Made by a program: the position numbers and the translations under genes. The notes under the pieces were generated by a model, which saw only the letters and a list, made by a program, of their open reading frames with translations, did not search any database and was not told the origin of the DNA. This document shows positions 40,062-52,850 of a DNA stretch of 64,000 nucleotides, piece by piece. Each line of letters starts with the position of its first letter. The first letter of the stretch is position 1. The stretch comes from Phoronis australis (Eukaryota; Animalia; Phoronida), in contig NMRA01001046.1 in the NCBI GenBank assembly GCA_002633005.1, forward strand, positions 556-64,555, given 5' to 3'.

Positions 40062-41149
40062 CCAAGCGATTTACTTCTGATTAAAAACTTTTCTAAAATA
40101 ATGTATTGTTTTTGTTGCTAAGACGGGCTCACACGAGATTGCTGTTTTTTCTGTTCTAAACGAAATTGAATCATGTTCTGTCACTTTTCTGTTAGTTTCA
40201 TTAGCTAAATATTATATTGACTGCAACCCCTTAGTAACTACAACGTTACATAAAGTTAGTTAATTATTTTCTGCAAATGTTACAAATTCAATACACAATT
40301 GCCGTTGCTTTTATCTCAGCTATCTCTTTCCAAGTAATAAATAGTTACAAATAAAACTATTTCTTTTACCATAGAAAAAATGTAATATAACGCGCAAGTA
40401 CATACACATACATGTAGGATGTGATACGCCACATTAACAGTCTGTGTGATGTATTTAAAAATTTTGGCAAAAAAATGAAAGAAACTTAAGAATTCGAAAC
40501 GAACGGGGCAAATTCAGTCTCGATCGTTACGCGGAATATTGTCTCATGGCATATTACTTCATCCACGCCACTCCCGATACGTTTGTGTATATATTTCCAT
40601 TTCTNCCAAGCGATTTACTTCTGATTAAAAACTTTTCTAAAATAATGTAGTGTTTTTGTTGCTAAGACGGGCTCACACGAGATTGCTGTTTTTTTCTGTT
40701 CTAAACGAAATTGAATCATGTTCTGTCACTTTTCTGTTAGTTTCATTAGCTAAATATTATATCGACTGCAACTCCTTAGTAACTACAACGTTACATAAAG
40801 TTAGTTAATTATTTTCTGCAAATGTTACAAATTCAATACACAATTGCCGTTGCTTTTATCTCAGTTATCTCTTTCCAAGTAATAAATAGTTGCAAATAAA
40901 ACTATTTCTTTTACCATAGAAAAAATGTAATATAACGCGCAAGTACATACACATACATGTAGGATGTGATACGCCACATTAACAGTCTGTGTGATGTATT
41001 TAAAAATTTTGGCAAAAAAATGAAAGAAACTTAAGAATTCGAAACGAACGGGGCAAATTCAGTCTCGATCGTTACGCGGAATAATGTCTCATGGCATATT
41101 ACTTCATCCACGCCACTCCCGATACGTTTGTGTATATATTTCCATTTCT
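40062..41149. repeat. Near-identical tandem duplication of about 543 bp (40062-40604 and 40606-41149) split by a single N; probable uncollapsed haplotype overlap
   Basis: Both copies run ccaagcgatttact ... tttccatttct and differ by a few SNPs/indels. The junction is an N. Confidence 0.85.
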
Positions 41150-42370
41150 AAGTATGATATGGGCTTTGACACACGCAAAGAGAGAACTCTATTTTTAATT
41201 GTCACTGTCAATGGAATTCAGTAAGGACCTTTTTATTCACTGCTCCTCGTTTAAGGACTAAATCAAAATTTATTTTCATTGAAATTAGGGTCCAGTCTTC
41301 AACTGCAGAGAAGGATTTTAAGCAAAGTAAGGCGCAAACACGCAAAAGATTTTGGGAACTTAGTTGAGCCCCTCTTCGGTATATTGTATTATTCCGTGCA
41401 AAAGAACAAAGGTATACTTTTATTTTGAAGATAAAAATACTGTCAAAAACATGAAGAGTTGTTTTTCAAGGAAAGGCCGTTCAGAAGAAGTTTTTAGACC
41501 TCGTTTTGATCAAATTAAATAAAAAACAGACCTGGGCTGCTTTCACGTTTTTGGCCTTATCGTAATTACAATATTCACAAACTTCCGGTAAGCGTTTTCC
41601 AATTTGCGTGGCATGAGACTAACTTTTGTCATGCCCAAAATAAATCACCTGTCGATACACCTAAATGTATGCATAGACCAACCAGCTCGTATACTGAGTT
41701 TTTTAGTCAATTGGATGATGTTTATTTTCTTGAAAATTCACTATGGCCTCGCTGAAGTCCCTAAAAGTTGTAACGCGACTTGAAGACGATTTCCATGTTG
41801 CAGTAGATTTGAAACCGGATGTCTCACAAGCCCGGTAAGCCAGCCAGCACCCTCTGACACGGCGTCAGATATACTGAAAAGCGGCCTTGTGGAAACATGA
41901 TGGAAGACACACGGAATTCCGTGTGTGGGCATCAATGCACATGCCTTGGTCGGAAGTACACCGATTACAGTACCACCACTTGCACACGCCTTTTTGCGCT
42001 GTATTTATTTGGGTTGAAGCCACTGGAACGGGGCTCCCTTGATTTTGTTTACTTTGATCACAGCCCGTTTTAGTAAAAACTCAAGTATTCAAGTCAAAAG
42101 TGGACGTCATACTTGGTAACTGTAAACTGAAAGGGGTTTCTCAAATTTCAACCAATGGAAATGACTGGATGTTTTGGCGTCGTTTTCATTACTCTAAAAA
42201 TGAGAAGCCATGTTAACCAACATTCGACACTGGTACATGTACCTTTCGTAACACTGTGAACGAGTGTAACCCAGCCACGTGACTGGTTGTGCAACCCATG
42301 GTGACTATGCATTCCAGCTTTAAGATTACGCTTTGCACACATTTTGTGGACCGATAGCCCTTTGTTACAG

Positions 42371-42691
42371 TTGGACCCTCGCACATGAATGTTACCATAA
42401 ACGGAAATGAAGTAACCGACTCCGCATACAACTTCACTCACAACCGTTTCGTCTTAGTCGAGTTTGTGACGGATGAGGCCTACCCGAATGTCACCATGGA
42501 AACGCAGTCACCTGGATTAACGGCAAATATCTCGTTTAGAGAGAGAGAAGGCAGGAGATCGAAATATTTTGTTGCCAGCTTCGGTTTTGTTCCCCAACCG
42601 TCTCACAATACCCACTCACTGATTTGTAACGCCTCCAATGTTGAGACGCCAACGGTGGTATTCGTGAAAAGTATTACAATGAACGTCATAG
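42371..42691 (+). CDS. Giant Ig gene, Ig domain 11 (divergent; lacks the B-strand Cys)
   Basis: tttgttacag| ... G|gtaagt, 321 nt. FGP..LVEFVTDEAYP..FVPQPSHNTHSLICNASN. Confidence 0.83.
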
Positions 42692-42789
42692 GTAAGTGTG
42701 TGGATATGTATATGTAGAGCACTTGAATAATGTATACACTGTATTTCTTTCGAACAACCTTTTGGAAACAAAATCATTTACGAATGATT

Positions 42790-43993
42790 TAATTACTCTG
42801 CACGCGTAAGCGCAGAGTACTGTTGTTCCTGGGTTTTCTTCAATTTTATTCTTCTTATTCTTATTCTTCTTCCGACCAAATTTAAGGTTTAATAACTCCA
42901 AATTGGGTGCAGGTACGGTCTTTGAATTCAGCATATGACTTTTGACATTATATAAATTTTGATTGGTTATTTAATCATATTCCACAATGCACCGGAAGAG
43001 GTCGTTTGGTGCAAAGATCATATAATTTTCAAAATGCTACTCCTCATTCAGTTTTAAAGCTATCTTTTTCAAATTCGGTGCACAGGTATAAGTCAACATG
43101 ACAATTTTAAGTAATCAGGTCATCCAATCACGTGAAATAGGTCAAAGGTCATTAGGTGCAAAAGAGAATTTTGAGCTAGACACTTTAAAGTGACAGGTCT
43201 GATTGCCACAGGTAAATCAAATCGGAATCCAAAGTTTCAGGTCATTTAGTGTAAACATGGGGTCATTAGATGCATTTTTCTTCTGAAAATTTGACCTTTT
43301 CAATCAGCAAGTATTCTAATGTGTCAACCGTTAGACAACTGTGATTCTCAGAGTTAAACACATTTTCCATGGGCTTTGCAATAATTCTCCTAAAGATGCT
43401 TAAAATGCACTGGATAAGGTCAATTAGTGCAAATGTCATGTAACGTTCAAAATGTTATATCTCTTACGTTTTTCAAGGAATTCTTTTCGATTTCAGCACA
43501 CTGGTGTAAGTCAACATGCCAAGTGAATTCCCTACTTTACTTCGCAATAGGCCTAACCAATCAGAAAAATAGGTCAAAGGTCATTGAGTGCAAAATAAAT
43601 GTTCAGAATTACGTATCTGTTTACTAAGTGCGATTGAGTTTGAATTCTAAATTTTCAGGTCATTTGGTGCACCCATGGGGTCATTAGGTGCATTTTTCTT
43701 CTGAAAGTTTGACCACTTCATTCATCTTGTATTCTAAAGTGCTTAAAGTAAAACATCTGTGATTATTAGCATTCACCACACTTTTAATCGAGTTAACAAT
43801 TACTCCCTCATCGGGGCTCATAACATTAGTGGAAATGTAATCAAAAAATTAATATGTAATTTCTCCTACAATTTTAAAGAATCCCTTTTCATATTGGTAA
43901 ACGGGTTGCGGTCAGTAACTTCCCATAATAATTCCAGTAATACGCACGCGCAGAGTCCGTTATTGTCACGCCGTAACAATAATCTTTCTAGTT
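42790..43993 (+). mobile_element. Helentron-like non-autonomous element (HINE/DINE-1 type), apparently complete
   Basis: 5' hairpin actctgcacgcgtaagcgcagagt, then a ttc/tta microsatellite, then two internal units of about 420 bp (aggtcaaaggtcatt, catggggtcattag.tgcatttttcttctgaaa). 3' subterminal repeat acgcgcagagt, stem-loop ttattgtcacg..cgtaacaataa and terminal ctagtt. Confidence 0.7.
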
Positions 43994-45902
43994 TAATATT
44001 GCTAGACTCTTGCATTAAGGCAAGATAACAAGGGTTGCGCAATATAGCTATAAATGTATTCTGGTCGACACATGTCGTGGTTTTCTCTTGGACAGCTGTG
44101 CGCTTCGTGGTGTTATTAACGATTCCATCATGGCTTCCTCTGAATGACAGTTATTTTAAATGTTTGCACCGAGTGTTCATCTCTGCTTGGACTGTTTTTG
44201 TATTGTGTAATACATATTTCACAACATCTTGATTAGCCCTCACAGGTACGCCAAACGTGATATGTGTTCTGTGCGATGTTAACCAATGTATGTGACTAAA
44301 AATCTTATAGTACTCATGGGCATTTTTACTCAGCCCGCGGGGAACTAGGTCGCAATCTCGTCGCATAGATATCGATAGATAGGCCTATCCAGTGTTCACT
44401 TTGCATTGTTGTCTTATGATAAAGACATTGACAAGCAATTATCCCTAACGAGCTGTTGTTTGTCTAAGATACAATGTCCATGAGACATGTATTGGTATGT
44501 CCAAGAAAGACCCAACGAAGAAAAAGAATTCAAGTGTCTTATCGGCGATAACATTGAGACGCTTTTTCGCCCGTCGCATGGATGTCGCCAATTAAACAAT
44601 ACCCTGCAACTTCCATACCACGTCATTTGGCATGGGCTTCATTTTAATAGCATAAATAAAAGCAACACGATTTTTCAAATTTCCTTCAATGTCTCAGACA
44701 TCATCATCACTACAAGCAACCAAAGCCATCTTACGATCTTTATCCACGCAGTGCGCAGTAGAGCTACATTTTGCATCACCAGACATAATAGCAAGAAAAC
44801 GTCTAAACCAGTGGCAGCGTGCTGTGAGCTAGTTGCTCATTCAATTCAGGCTTGAACCAGCTGAAGTAAATTGACTCACGTATTTTGAGTTACCTCGTCT
44901 CATCCTGATCCAGAATATTAAACCCTTTGCTGAAAGCGCATTCAGCATTACGGACACTGGATGTTTGCAAGTGGTCCTGAGCGTGATAACTTAATTGTCA
45001 GTACCTAAATGTTGTTTAGCCCCGGTTTTAAGGAGGCGAGCAGTTTCAAAAATGTAGCTGGAACTATAACCAACACAAACAAATGTACATTGTATACTCT
45101 GTCCCTCTACTCCTCAAATATAATGCTTCAAAAGTTTGTTAAATTTTCACTGTGCAACCTTGGAAAAGGAGTGAACAAAGAGAGTTTGAAATATTTACAG
45201 TTGTCCATCGGGAAATACTATCAGGTTTAAGTAACCTCTCTCTCGCAGTAGCTTGTTTATCAAATACATGGATAACCGTTTTTTTTTCAAATTGATCCAC
45301 ACCAAGTGTTGTTATATTTGACAACACAGACCTCATACAAATAGGGTATAAAATTATTTTATCATGTATACAAACCAATGAAAGTTTTCTTATGAAACAC
45401 CGATGTAACTACAGTGGACCCTGCAAAGTTATCTGTTAACTCTAGAGAGAACGTTTGATGTTCAGCCTCAAGCTTAAGGTTGTGTGCTACATCTACTCAA
45501 TATTCACCATAAAACAAGATTGGCGTCCATAGGCTAGGTCGTAGGATACTGCTGACGAATTGCAAATGAATTTGGGGTCATTGGCGGCTCCTGAAGGCCT
45601 GGTGACACCACAAATAACCTGGTGAGATGCTCAACGTTTGTCGGTCAGATACCAATACTTTGGGAACTGCTCAGCACTTATTAGTCGTCGCTAATTATGC
45701 GATCGAAATCAGTAAGCACGGACACGACTGTAAAGGCTGAAATACATGTACAATAACACCAGTGCAAGTAACGGGAGCTGAAACCAAAGAGAGATATAAG
45801 CACCCCGCTTAAGATACGTTCTTAACGTAGTCCAGCCCTTGCACTATATGGTGTATCCTCGACAGTTAAATTCTAATTCCGCAATATGCATGTACCTTTC
45901 AG

Positions 45903-46253
45903 CTGGTCCATCGACTCTCACAATCCGGAGTACGGGCGGAATTGTAAATGGCTCGAGTACATTCTTGGTCGAATTTCAAAGAATATATGAGGTCACTTGC
46001 GAAAGTGACAGTGTGAACCCATACCCAGAGATGACGTTTACACTTCAGAGAAAGCGTATGCGTAACGTTACCAAGAATAGCCACGCATACAACTATCGGT
46101 TGTCTACAGACCCGTTATTGATGCAGCGATACGCGGTGAATATGACGTTTACGGCTACAACCAACGTCCATGGGATGCCATTGAGCTGCAATGCAAGAAA
46201 CATCCAAAGCGAAGAACTTTCAGCATACACGTCTGTGGAAGTTACATTAGCAG
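45903..46253 (+). CDS. Giant Ig gene, Ig domain 12 (type A-like, shorter)
   Basis: cctttcag| ... G|gtaagt, 351 nt. AGP..IYEVTC..PEMTF..FTATTNVHGMPLSCNARN. Confidence 0.87.
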
Positions 46254-47218
46254 GTAAGTATTAACAACATTGTTCAAGGTGGCTGTGGTCATAATTCCAA
46301 CTTTTCGCCCTTACTGACACTGATTCGCGGAAACCACGATATGTAAGCGACGCTATAACTAATTTTGTAAACTGTAATGGCGGTTTTGGCATTACAGTTC
46401 AATAGCGATCAATATACACTGAACAGAATCGGAGATCGATTAATTTTTGGCGCACTCAGTATTCACTTCGTTCAAACTAAAATCTGTTTCAAATCCAATG
46501 AATTATCGACACAATCCTGCATCCAACAATATACCATAACCAAGACAAAATAAATGTCCTCGTGGCTAGATAGAATGAGAGAGTGTAGAGATAGTACGAC
46601 TTTATTACTAGCATAGCAATTGCTAAAGTACAATACATAAGCTGGATATCATCAAATGTAAACGCTATCCCAGCGAGGATCAGCGTACAACACGATACAA
46701 CGCAATGTTGGAAAGCATCATCGGTTAATGTTGTTTACTTTTTTCTCTCTTAACAATTTATTAACAGATACTCCAGCACGATAAAACTCAGCCCGGAAAC
46801 CGCAGTTAGCATTTTGTTCGGGCTTTAGACAATAAACAAGAACATTAAACTGCTTTCCTTATACAATTTCATTATTTTCTCTTCATACATTTTATGCACC
46901 ATTGAAGGAAAGGTACATGGAATCAATGGGTACTTGAACAATTTTTAGTGTGCCTTTGTTTTAAAATATGAACATGCTTTTTAATGGTTTGTTGTATCTC
47001 CAAGTAGGCAACCCCATCTATTACCCATTTTGCCCATGGTCTAAAGGGGCAGTAATCACGTAATAGATTAGAGTCAATCAATGGGAGTCAAACGCACAGG
47101 CAACATTTGCAATTACCATACAACTAAGAACTTTTATCCAGAATTGGATATATTTCAGCGTAAATTGATTTAAGGTGTTTGACACGTGTTTTTCATGAAT
47201 GCTTCGGCTGTTTTTCAG

Positions 47219-47569
47219 TGAGCAAAGTCAACATCACGGTGACCATTTACAACGCAACGAACGGCAGTGAAGTGTACAAGTACATCAACGACACCATTGT
47301 TGCACAGCGTGATCTTTTTAGCAATGAAGAATACAAGTTTGAATGCAGCGCCCCTAGCATCTTTCCCAACGTGTCAGTCATCTGGACGCCCAGTAATATT
47401 ACCAGCTTACCAGTTACGACATCAACTGGAAGCAACCCGACCATATTTGCGTCCAACTTCACGCTAAATGTCTCCTCTGTACACAACAAAGCAATGGTGA
47501 ATTGTACGGTCCAACACGGTGATATACCAGAGTTCCAAAGTATTCACTCTATTCTTTTGAATGTCCTCT
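47219..47569 (+). CDS. Giant Ig gene, Ig domain 13 (type B)
   Basis: tttttcag| ... T|gtaagt, 351 nt. EEYKFEC..VSVIW..VHNKAMVNCTVQH. Confidence 0.88.
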
Positions 47570-48238
47570 GTAAGTTGATACGTAGGTAACGCTGATACAC
47601 ACAGTTGGTTTTTGTGTCCAATATCAGAGTGATGGTTAAATGGGGTTTTAATGTTGTCGCACCAAAACAATGCCTCAAATGTGATAAAAACAACATTCAC
47701 ACAAAGCAATGTCTTATCTTGTAACAACACTAAACTAGCGATTTGTGTTCGGCAACATTTGCCTACAGCACCTACAAGTAGCTGCCTAAAGCATTAGCCA
47801 CGTTTCCTGATTAATAACAAGGCCGCCAAAAATGATAACCTATAAAAATACATCCATTTCTAAATGAGCAATGTGAAAGAATTATCGACAGTTCCTTTCT
47901 TCCGCTGGCAGAAGATTTCCCATTATAGCTGCGATAACCTAATGGCCTGTGTGCTCAGACACCCATACTGTACAGTACATCCACCTGAAGATCTAGAAAA
48001 ATCTCAAGAACTTGTATTTTTATTTATTTTTTTCAAAAATATATTAGAAGGGCGGTCTTACTAAGGACATGGGCCGTATACAGTAAGCCACTACCACTAA
48101 TGTTGTTATTGAATAAGTTTTAACAAGGTTTTAAAGTATTTTACCAGCTTCTAATGCACGTGTACCATGTCTGACATCAGGCAAAATGTCGAGCCCTGGC
48201 TCACGTTTAAGAATAATACTTTTAATGGTGTATTTTAG

Positions 48239-48622
48239 TTGGACCTACGACTTTAACCATTGAGAGCAACGTTGATGGCGTTGTCCCTGAGGATCAGTCA
48301 TCATACTTTGTAAAATTTGGTAAGATGTACAACCTCACGTGCTCAACAGACACGGTTTACAAGAACGCCTCTCTAAAATTCGCGTTCGAGATCACCGTTG
48401 GAGGAATTTCAGCAGTTGCAACCAAAGCCCAGATGTCACAGTTCGGTCAAGGAGTGCTTCGTGAAGCAGAACTCGCGTCAAACCCTCCCGACTTGTCGTA
48501 TAAGGCCGGTATGGGATTCACTGCCGACTTTACAACACACAGAATGGTTGCCATATGCTTGGCGGTCAATGATGACTTGCCTAGATTCAAAGTTAAACGA
48601 TCTGTTTCCATTTTACTTGATG
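48239..48622 (+). CDS. Giant Ig gene, Ig domain 14 (type A)
   Basis: tattttag| ... G|gtaagt, 384 nt. FGP..MYNLTC..LKFAF..QMSQFGQG..FTADFTTHRMVAIC. Confidence 0.87.
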
Positions 48623-49994
48623 GTAAGTCATGTTGAGATTGAAAACGCGCTACTGCAGGATTAAGTCGCTGTGATACAGAACTCCCCGCCATATGTTTTA
48701 GCTGTTTGTTACAGTACGTCGGGAAAAAGATGATATGCCATCCATAAAATAGCTTATTTACGTGCTCAAATTTACTCTGAGAAAGTACATGGAGGGCTGA
48801 GGTGTGAACGCGACAAATACAAATCTCTAAAATCTTCCTTTCTTCGGAAGTTAATCCATCCAAATAACTTGAATCAGGGATCATTCCGGCCATTTTTTGT
48901 GACCGTCTGTAGAATTACAAGTAATGTGATCACTAGAAAACAGGGCCAATTATATCATGCACTTTGAGGCAAGTAACATATTGACACAGTTGTGGCAGGG
49001 TGATTCAAAAGTACGCAAATAAAATTTACATGTACACGTGCTAACTCGTGTGCATTCCAGAAGAGGTCTTTTCATCTTCTGCTATAAACAATACATGTGC
49101 AGCACAACAAAAACAGTATACATGAATGTAAGGATGACTTAATGAACAGCATGCATGCACCTGCCTTTATGCCAAGTCCGTCCACCATAGTTGGGAATGA
49201 TTTGTATCTACGATCTTTGGCAGCATACATAGCCAAAAACTGAAATGTCACCTTTGTGATTATATGTAGGTACGCGTCGACCATGACAATACATGTAGAG
49301 GCCTCAACTAGAAGCTCTCGTACACCCATTGATATTATTCTATACCTGTTAGATATAAAGGCAGTGGCGGATTTAGGGGAGGGAGGTAAGGGGGTCATGG
49401 TTCATCCGTAAAATTCTCCCAGATACCATTTGGAAGTGCGGGGTGCGAATTGTTGACTACCACATGTGCGCACCCAAGGGGGCTGGGGGGGGGGGGGNGG
49501 GCAGTGCATAATTCATAAGCCTTGGACAAACCCCGTTTACCGTTTTTCTTTTTAGTAATATGGCCAACAAACCCAAAAATTCGAGGCTCCCGAATCCCTT
49601 ACATTTTAGGAAGGGCGCACACATGTGGCGAAATTATGGCTATTGTTGTGCCCTGCCCCCCTAACTTAAAATCCTGGATCCGCCTGTTTAAGGGGAGCTT
49701 TGAACTAGTTCTAATTGTTAGTTTATGCGTTAAGGTGTGGCCATGTCTTTTGACGGCCAACTGCTTAAAATCAAGAAGCATCGTTAAAGAAGTGTCTAAC
49801 ATTCCGTCAAAGTCACGGATGTAAGTCATAGCTGGACTGGTACGACCTTTGGACATTTTTGCATTGTGGTTTTTTTTCATTACCGTTATCTATGGCGTGC
49901 TGTAAATGAATAAGTTTAAAGATTCATTGTCTTTAGTAAATTACATATGTTCTTGCTTTCGGATAAGGTAGTGTTGTTTTCGTTTTTGTCCTAG

Positions 49995-50345
49995 TTCAAC
50001 GAGCAGACATCGTTGTCACTATCGTGGACACAGACGGCACTGCAATCTACAACATTTCGAACCAGCAAAGTATGAAGAGCGCTCTGGTGACCGGGAAGAG
50101 ATACAATGTTCAGTGTGAAGTCATCAGCGTTCTTCCAAGTGGTGTTGACATCGCATGGAATCCGATAAGTCAATCTCAACTGAACACAACACAGTCTGCT
50201 CTTCCCGGTGGTGCATATAGTTATTATTCTAACTTCAGCTTCACCGCTTCCAAAGATCACCACAAACGACAGTACACTTGCTCAGTCGCCCACAGCGTTG
50301 TGAGCGAGATTAATTCAACAAGACAATTTGAACTAGATGTTCACT
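49995..50345 (+). CDS. Giant Ig gene, Ig domain 15 (type B)
   Basis: ttttgtcctag| ... T|gtgagt, 351 nt. GKRYNVQC..VDIAW..FTASKDHHKRQYTCSVAH. Confidence 0.88.
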
Positions 50346-52344
50346 GTGAGTACAACACGCAATTTCTTTACCCTTAGACAGATACGGAAAATTACGCATT
50401 TTGGTGAATTACCACATTGTTTTGTTGGAAAAACAGCATTTTTTCCAAGACAAATTTACCTATTAAAGCGGCTATGACTGGGCGTCCTTTGGTATCTGAG
50501 AAACGGACTATAGTTACATGTAGGTGTAACGCTGACTAGGCTCCCATTATCGCGCATCATGAATCGTTGTGGTCGGAAAATTCATGTTTTTATCGCCATT
50601 AACACAATGCGCACGAATGCTGACTGAGTTAATTGCAATTTTTAGTGAGCCTCTAAGTGCCCGTGCGCGGCTGACATATTTAACGGATTCTGCGGTGAAA
50701 GTCGGTCGTAGCACCATCCTTTACTACGAGAGCGTTTGGTCGCCCGAGGTAACTATCGAAGTTTCCTGTGAACTTCCTTCGTGCACCACCCTCTGGATAG
50801 AAACTTTTTTTCTTTCGAAATTTCATTCAGAAAGTCGGGAACTTGATATATCTGACGTGTAATCATCGAAAACGCTCACAAAAACATAATTTAACGTTAT
50901 TGAACACCTTTTTAGTTGAAAAATCTCTTAGCAATTTCAACTACCTTCATTTCCTTTGCCAAGCACTCGTATGTAGTGTATGCGTGCGTGCCTGCCTGCG
51001 TGCGTGTGTGCGTGTGAGTTTACATTTTTATGAGGAACAATGAGTGAACAGTGAAGAACACTACCCGGTGACCACAGAAATATTTACGTCTAGAACTCCA
51101 CGTACAATAAATCAACAGGCCTGTTGTTCAGTAAATCTTCATGTTAGCCTGTCACCTTACCTTCAAGAAAACGAATACACTTTTCAATTTTTGCCATACA
51201 CTGCATGTTGTAGGCATGGAATGATGCTATCTTTTAAAATGCAAACATCTCAACCATGAATACTGCCACAAAACTGACTGGTCACTTACAGCTTCCTACC
51301 CTTTTCCAGTTTAGAGCCGTCAGTGTAACAAAGCAGATACTTATGCTTATTATTTCTGCTATTGGCCATTGTATGAGCCGCGGAATGGGCAAAGAACAGT
51401 TAAAAGCAAATTTAAACCTCATTCGAAAAATATGAGCCTCGGGAATGGCAGAACATAGTTAATGGCTTGATTTTTACGAATTAGGATGTTATTTTTAAGA
51501 TTTAGGTTTGATTTAATGTTAACTGATTAATGGCCTTTCCGCGCACTTAGGTAGTTCCTGTTTCCACCGACATGTTTGATTGTTTGATATTCCGAACTCT
51601 AAAGATTTGATTTTTACGTGTTGGATTTGATTTTCCAAAACACGTTCGATTTTTAAGATTTAGGTNNNNNNNNNNNNNNNNNNCCCCCCCCCCCCCCATC
51701 CCCCCATACTTCCGTCAGCAATAACCGTAAATAAATCGTATGTATGTTTAAAAAATGTGATCTGGTCATCACAAAGGGTGCTCGACAGTTGCCCAAGTTT
51801 GTCGTTTAGCTTATTACTCACGTTCCTGTGACTTCTGCGAGCAGCAAAATGAGGGATGAGAGTTTTCACCCACTTACGATTATATCTGAGACAAAGCGCT
51901 GGACAAGTGGCCCCGTGCGCTCTCAAGGTACATGTACACTAGTTGTAGACCATTTAGCATTTCTAGAGCTGCAGAAGGCCTTCTAAAAAGCAGAGGTGAT
52001 GCACAAGCAGGCTAGACGTTGCAGCTGCTTATATGTGTTGGTAACTGAACCCTTTGAGGGCAATAACTTAACGATAATAATTTGACCTCCAAAGATTTTC
52101 GCTATCATGTATGCATCACCAAAAATCCACGCCCAGTCCGTAGCCTCGCCTGGTGAATCTGCTTTAAACATTGACCAGTACATTTGTACATGTATGTGCG
52201 TACTAGGCCTATGCGCGTTTACTCGAAATAAGTTTTTATCAAAGAACATTTTAGCACACATATGTACCATATACTGTAGGCTCAGACTGCGACCAAATCT
52301 TAAACTGGGTAATTACTTGTCCAGTATGTTGGTCTGACAGCAAC

Positions 52345-52850
52345 TTTTTTACTTGGCGAAATAAATTTCGCCAAGTATGTTGCTCTTCCACTAAGTTTGT
52401 TTTTTTTTGTTTGTTCGCACGATACAGGTCGCAATTTTCGTCCGATCATCACGAAATTCACACATAACACGTACTTCCGGAAGTACTGGAAGCCTATTGT
52501 TTTTCGTTAAAATCGGATCCAAGATGGCGGCTGTGGCGGCCATTTTTTTCCATTTAAAGGTTCAAATGCTTCTGGAGGCTACAATTTTTTACGTCAACGG
52601 CTAAGAATCGGCACAGTAAATGGACCGGAAGTTTGCTACAAGTATGCCGGAAATTGTTTACTTCCGGTTAAAGATGGCGGAAATATTGGCGATCGCGCAT
52701 GCGCACCTCGATTTTGGCCTAAAACGTTTTCTCCTGTAGAGGGCGCATTATCAGACCAATTCCTTCGAATTTTTACAGGTATTGGTTTCTTAGCAAAAGG
52801 TACCCGCTCATCCAAAACCTTTACGGCAAACAGATGGCGCTTCTCATCAT
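52345..52850 (+). mobile_element. Helentron-like non-autonomous element, 5' part
   Basis: T-run then hairpin acttggcgaaat-aa-atttcgccaagt, a ttgttt microsatellite, and a body rich in aagatggcgg. Same layout as 42790. The right end is unclear. Confidence 0.45.

Noticed and set aside
41740-42010. DIRS-like remnant (GINAHA..PP)
   Set aside because: Similarity is too weak and short to support.
44240-45400. Possible LINE or other coding remnant in the intron
   Set aside because: Only short ORFs with no identifiable domain motifs.
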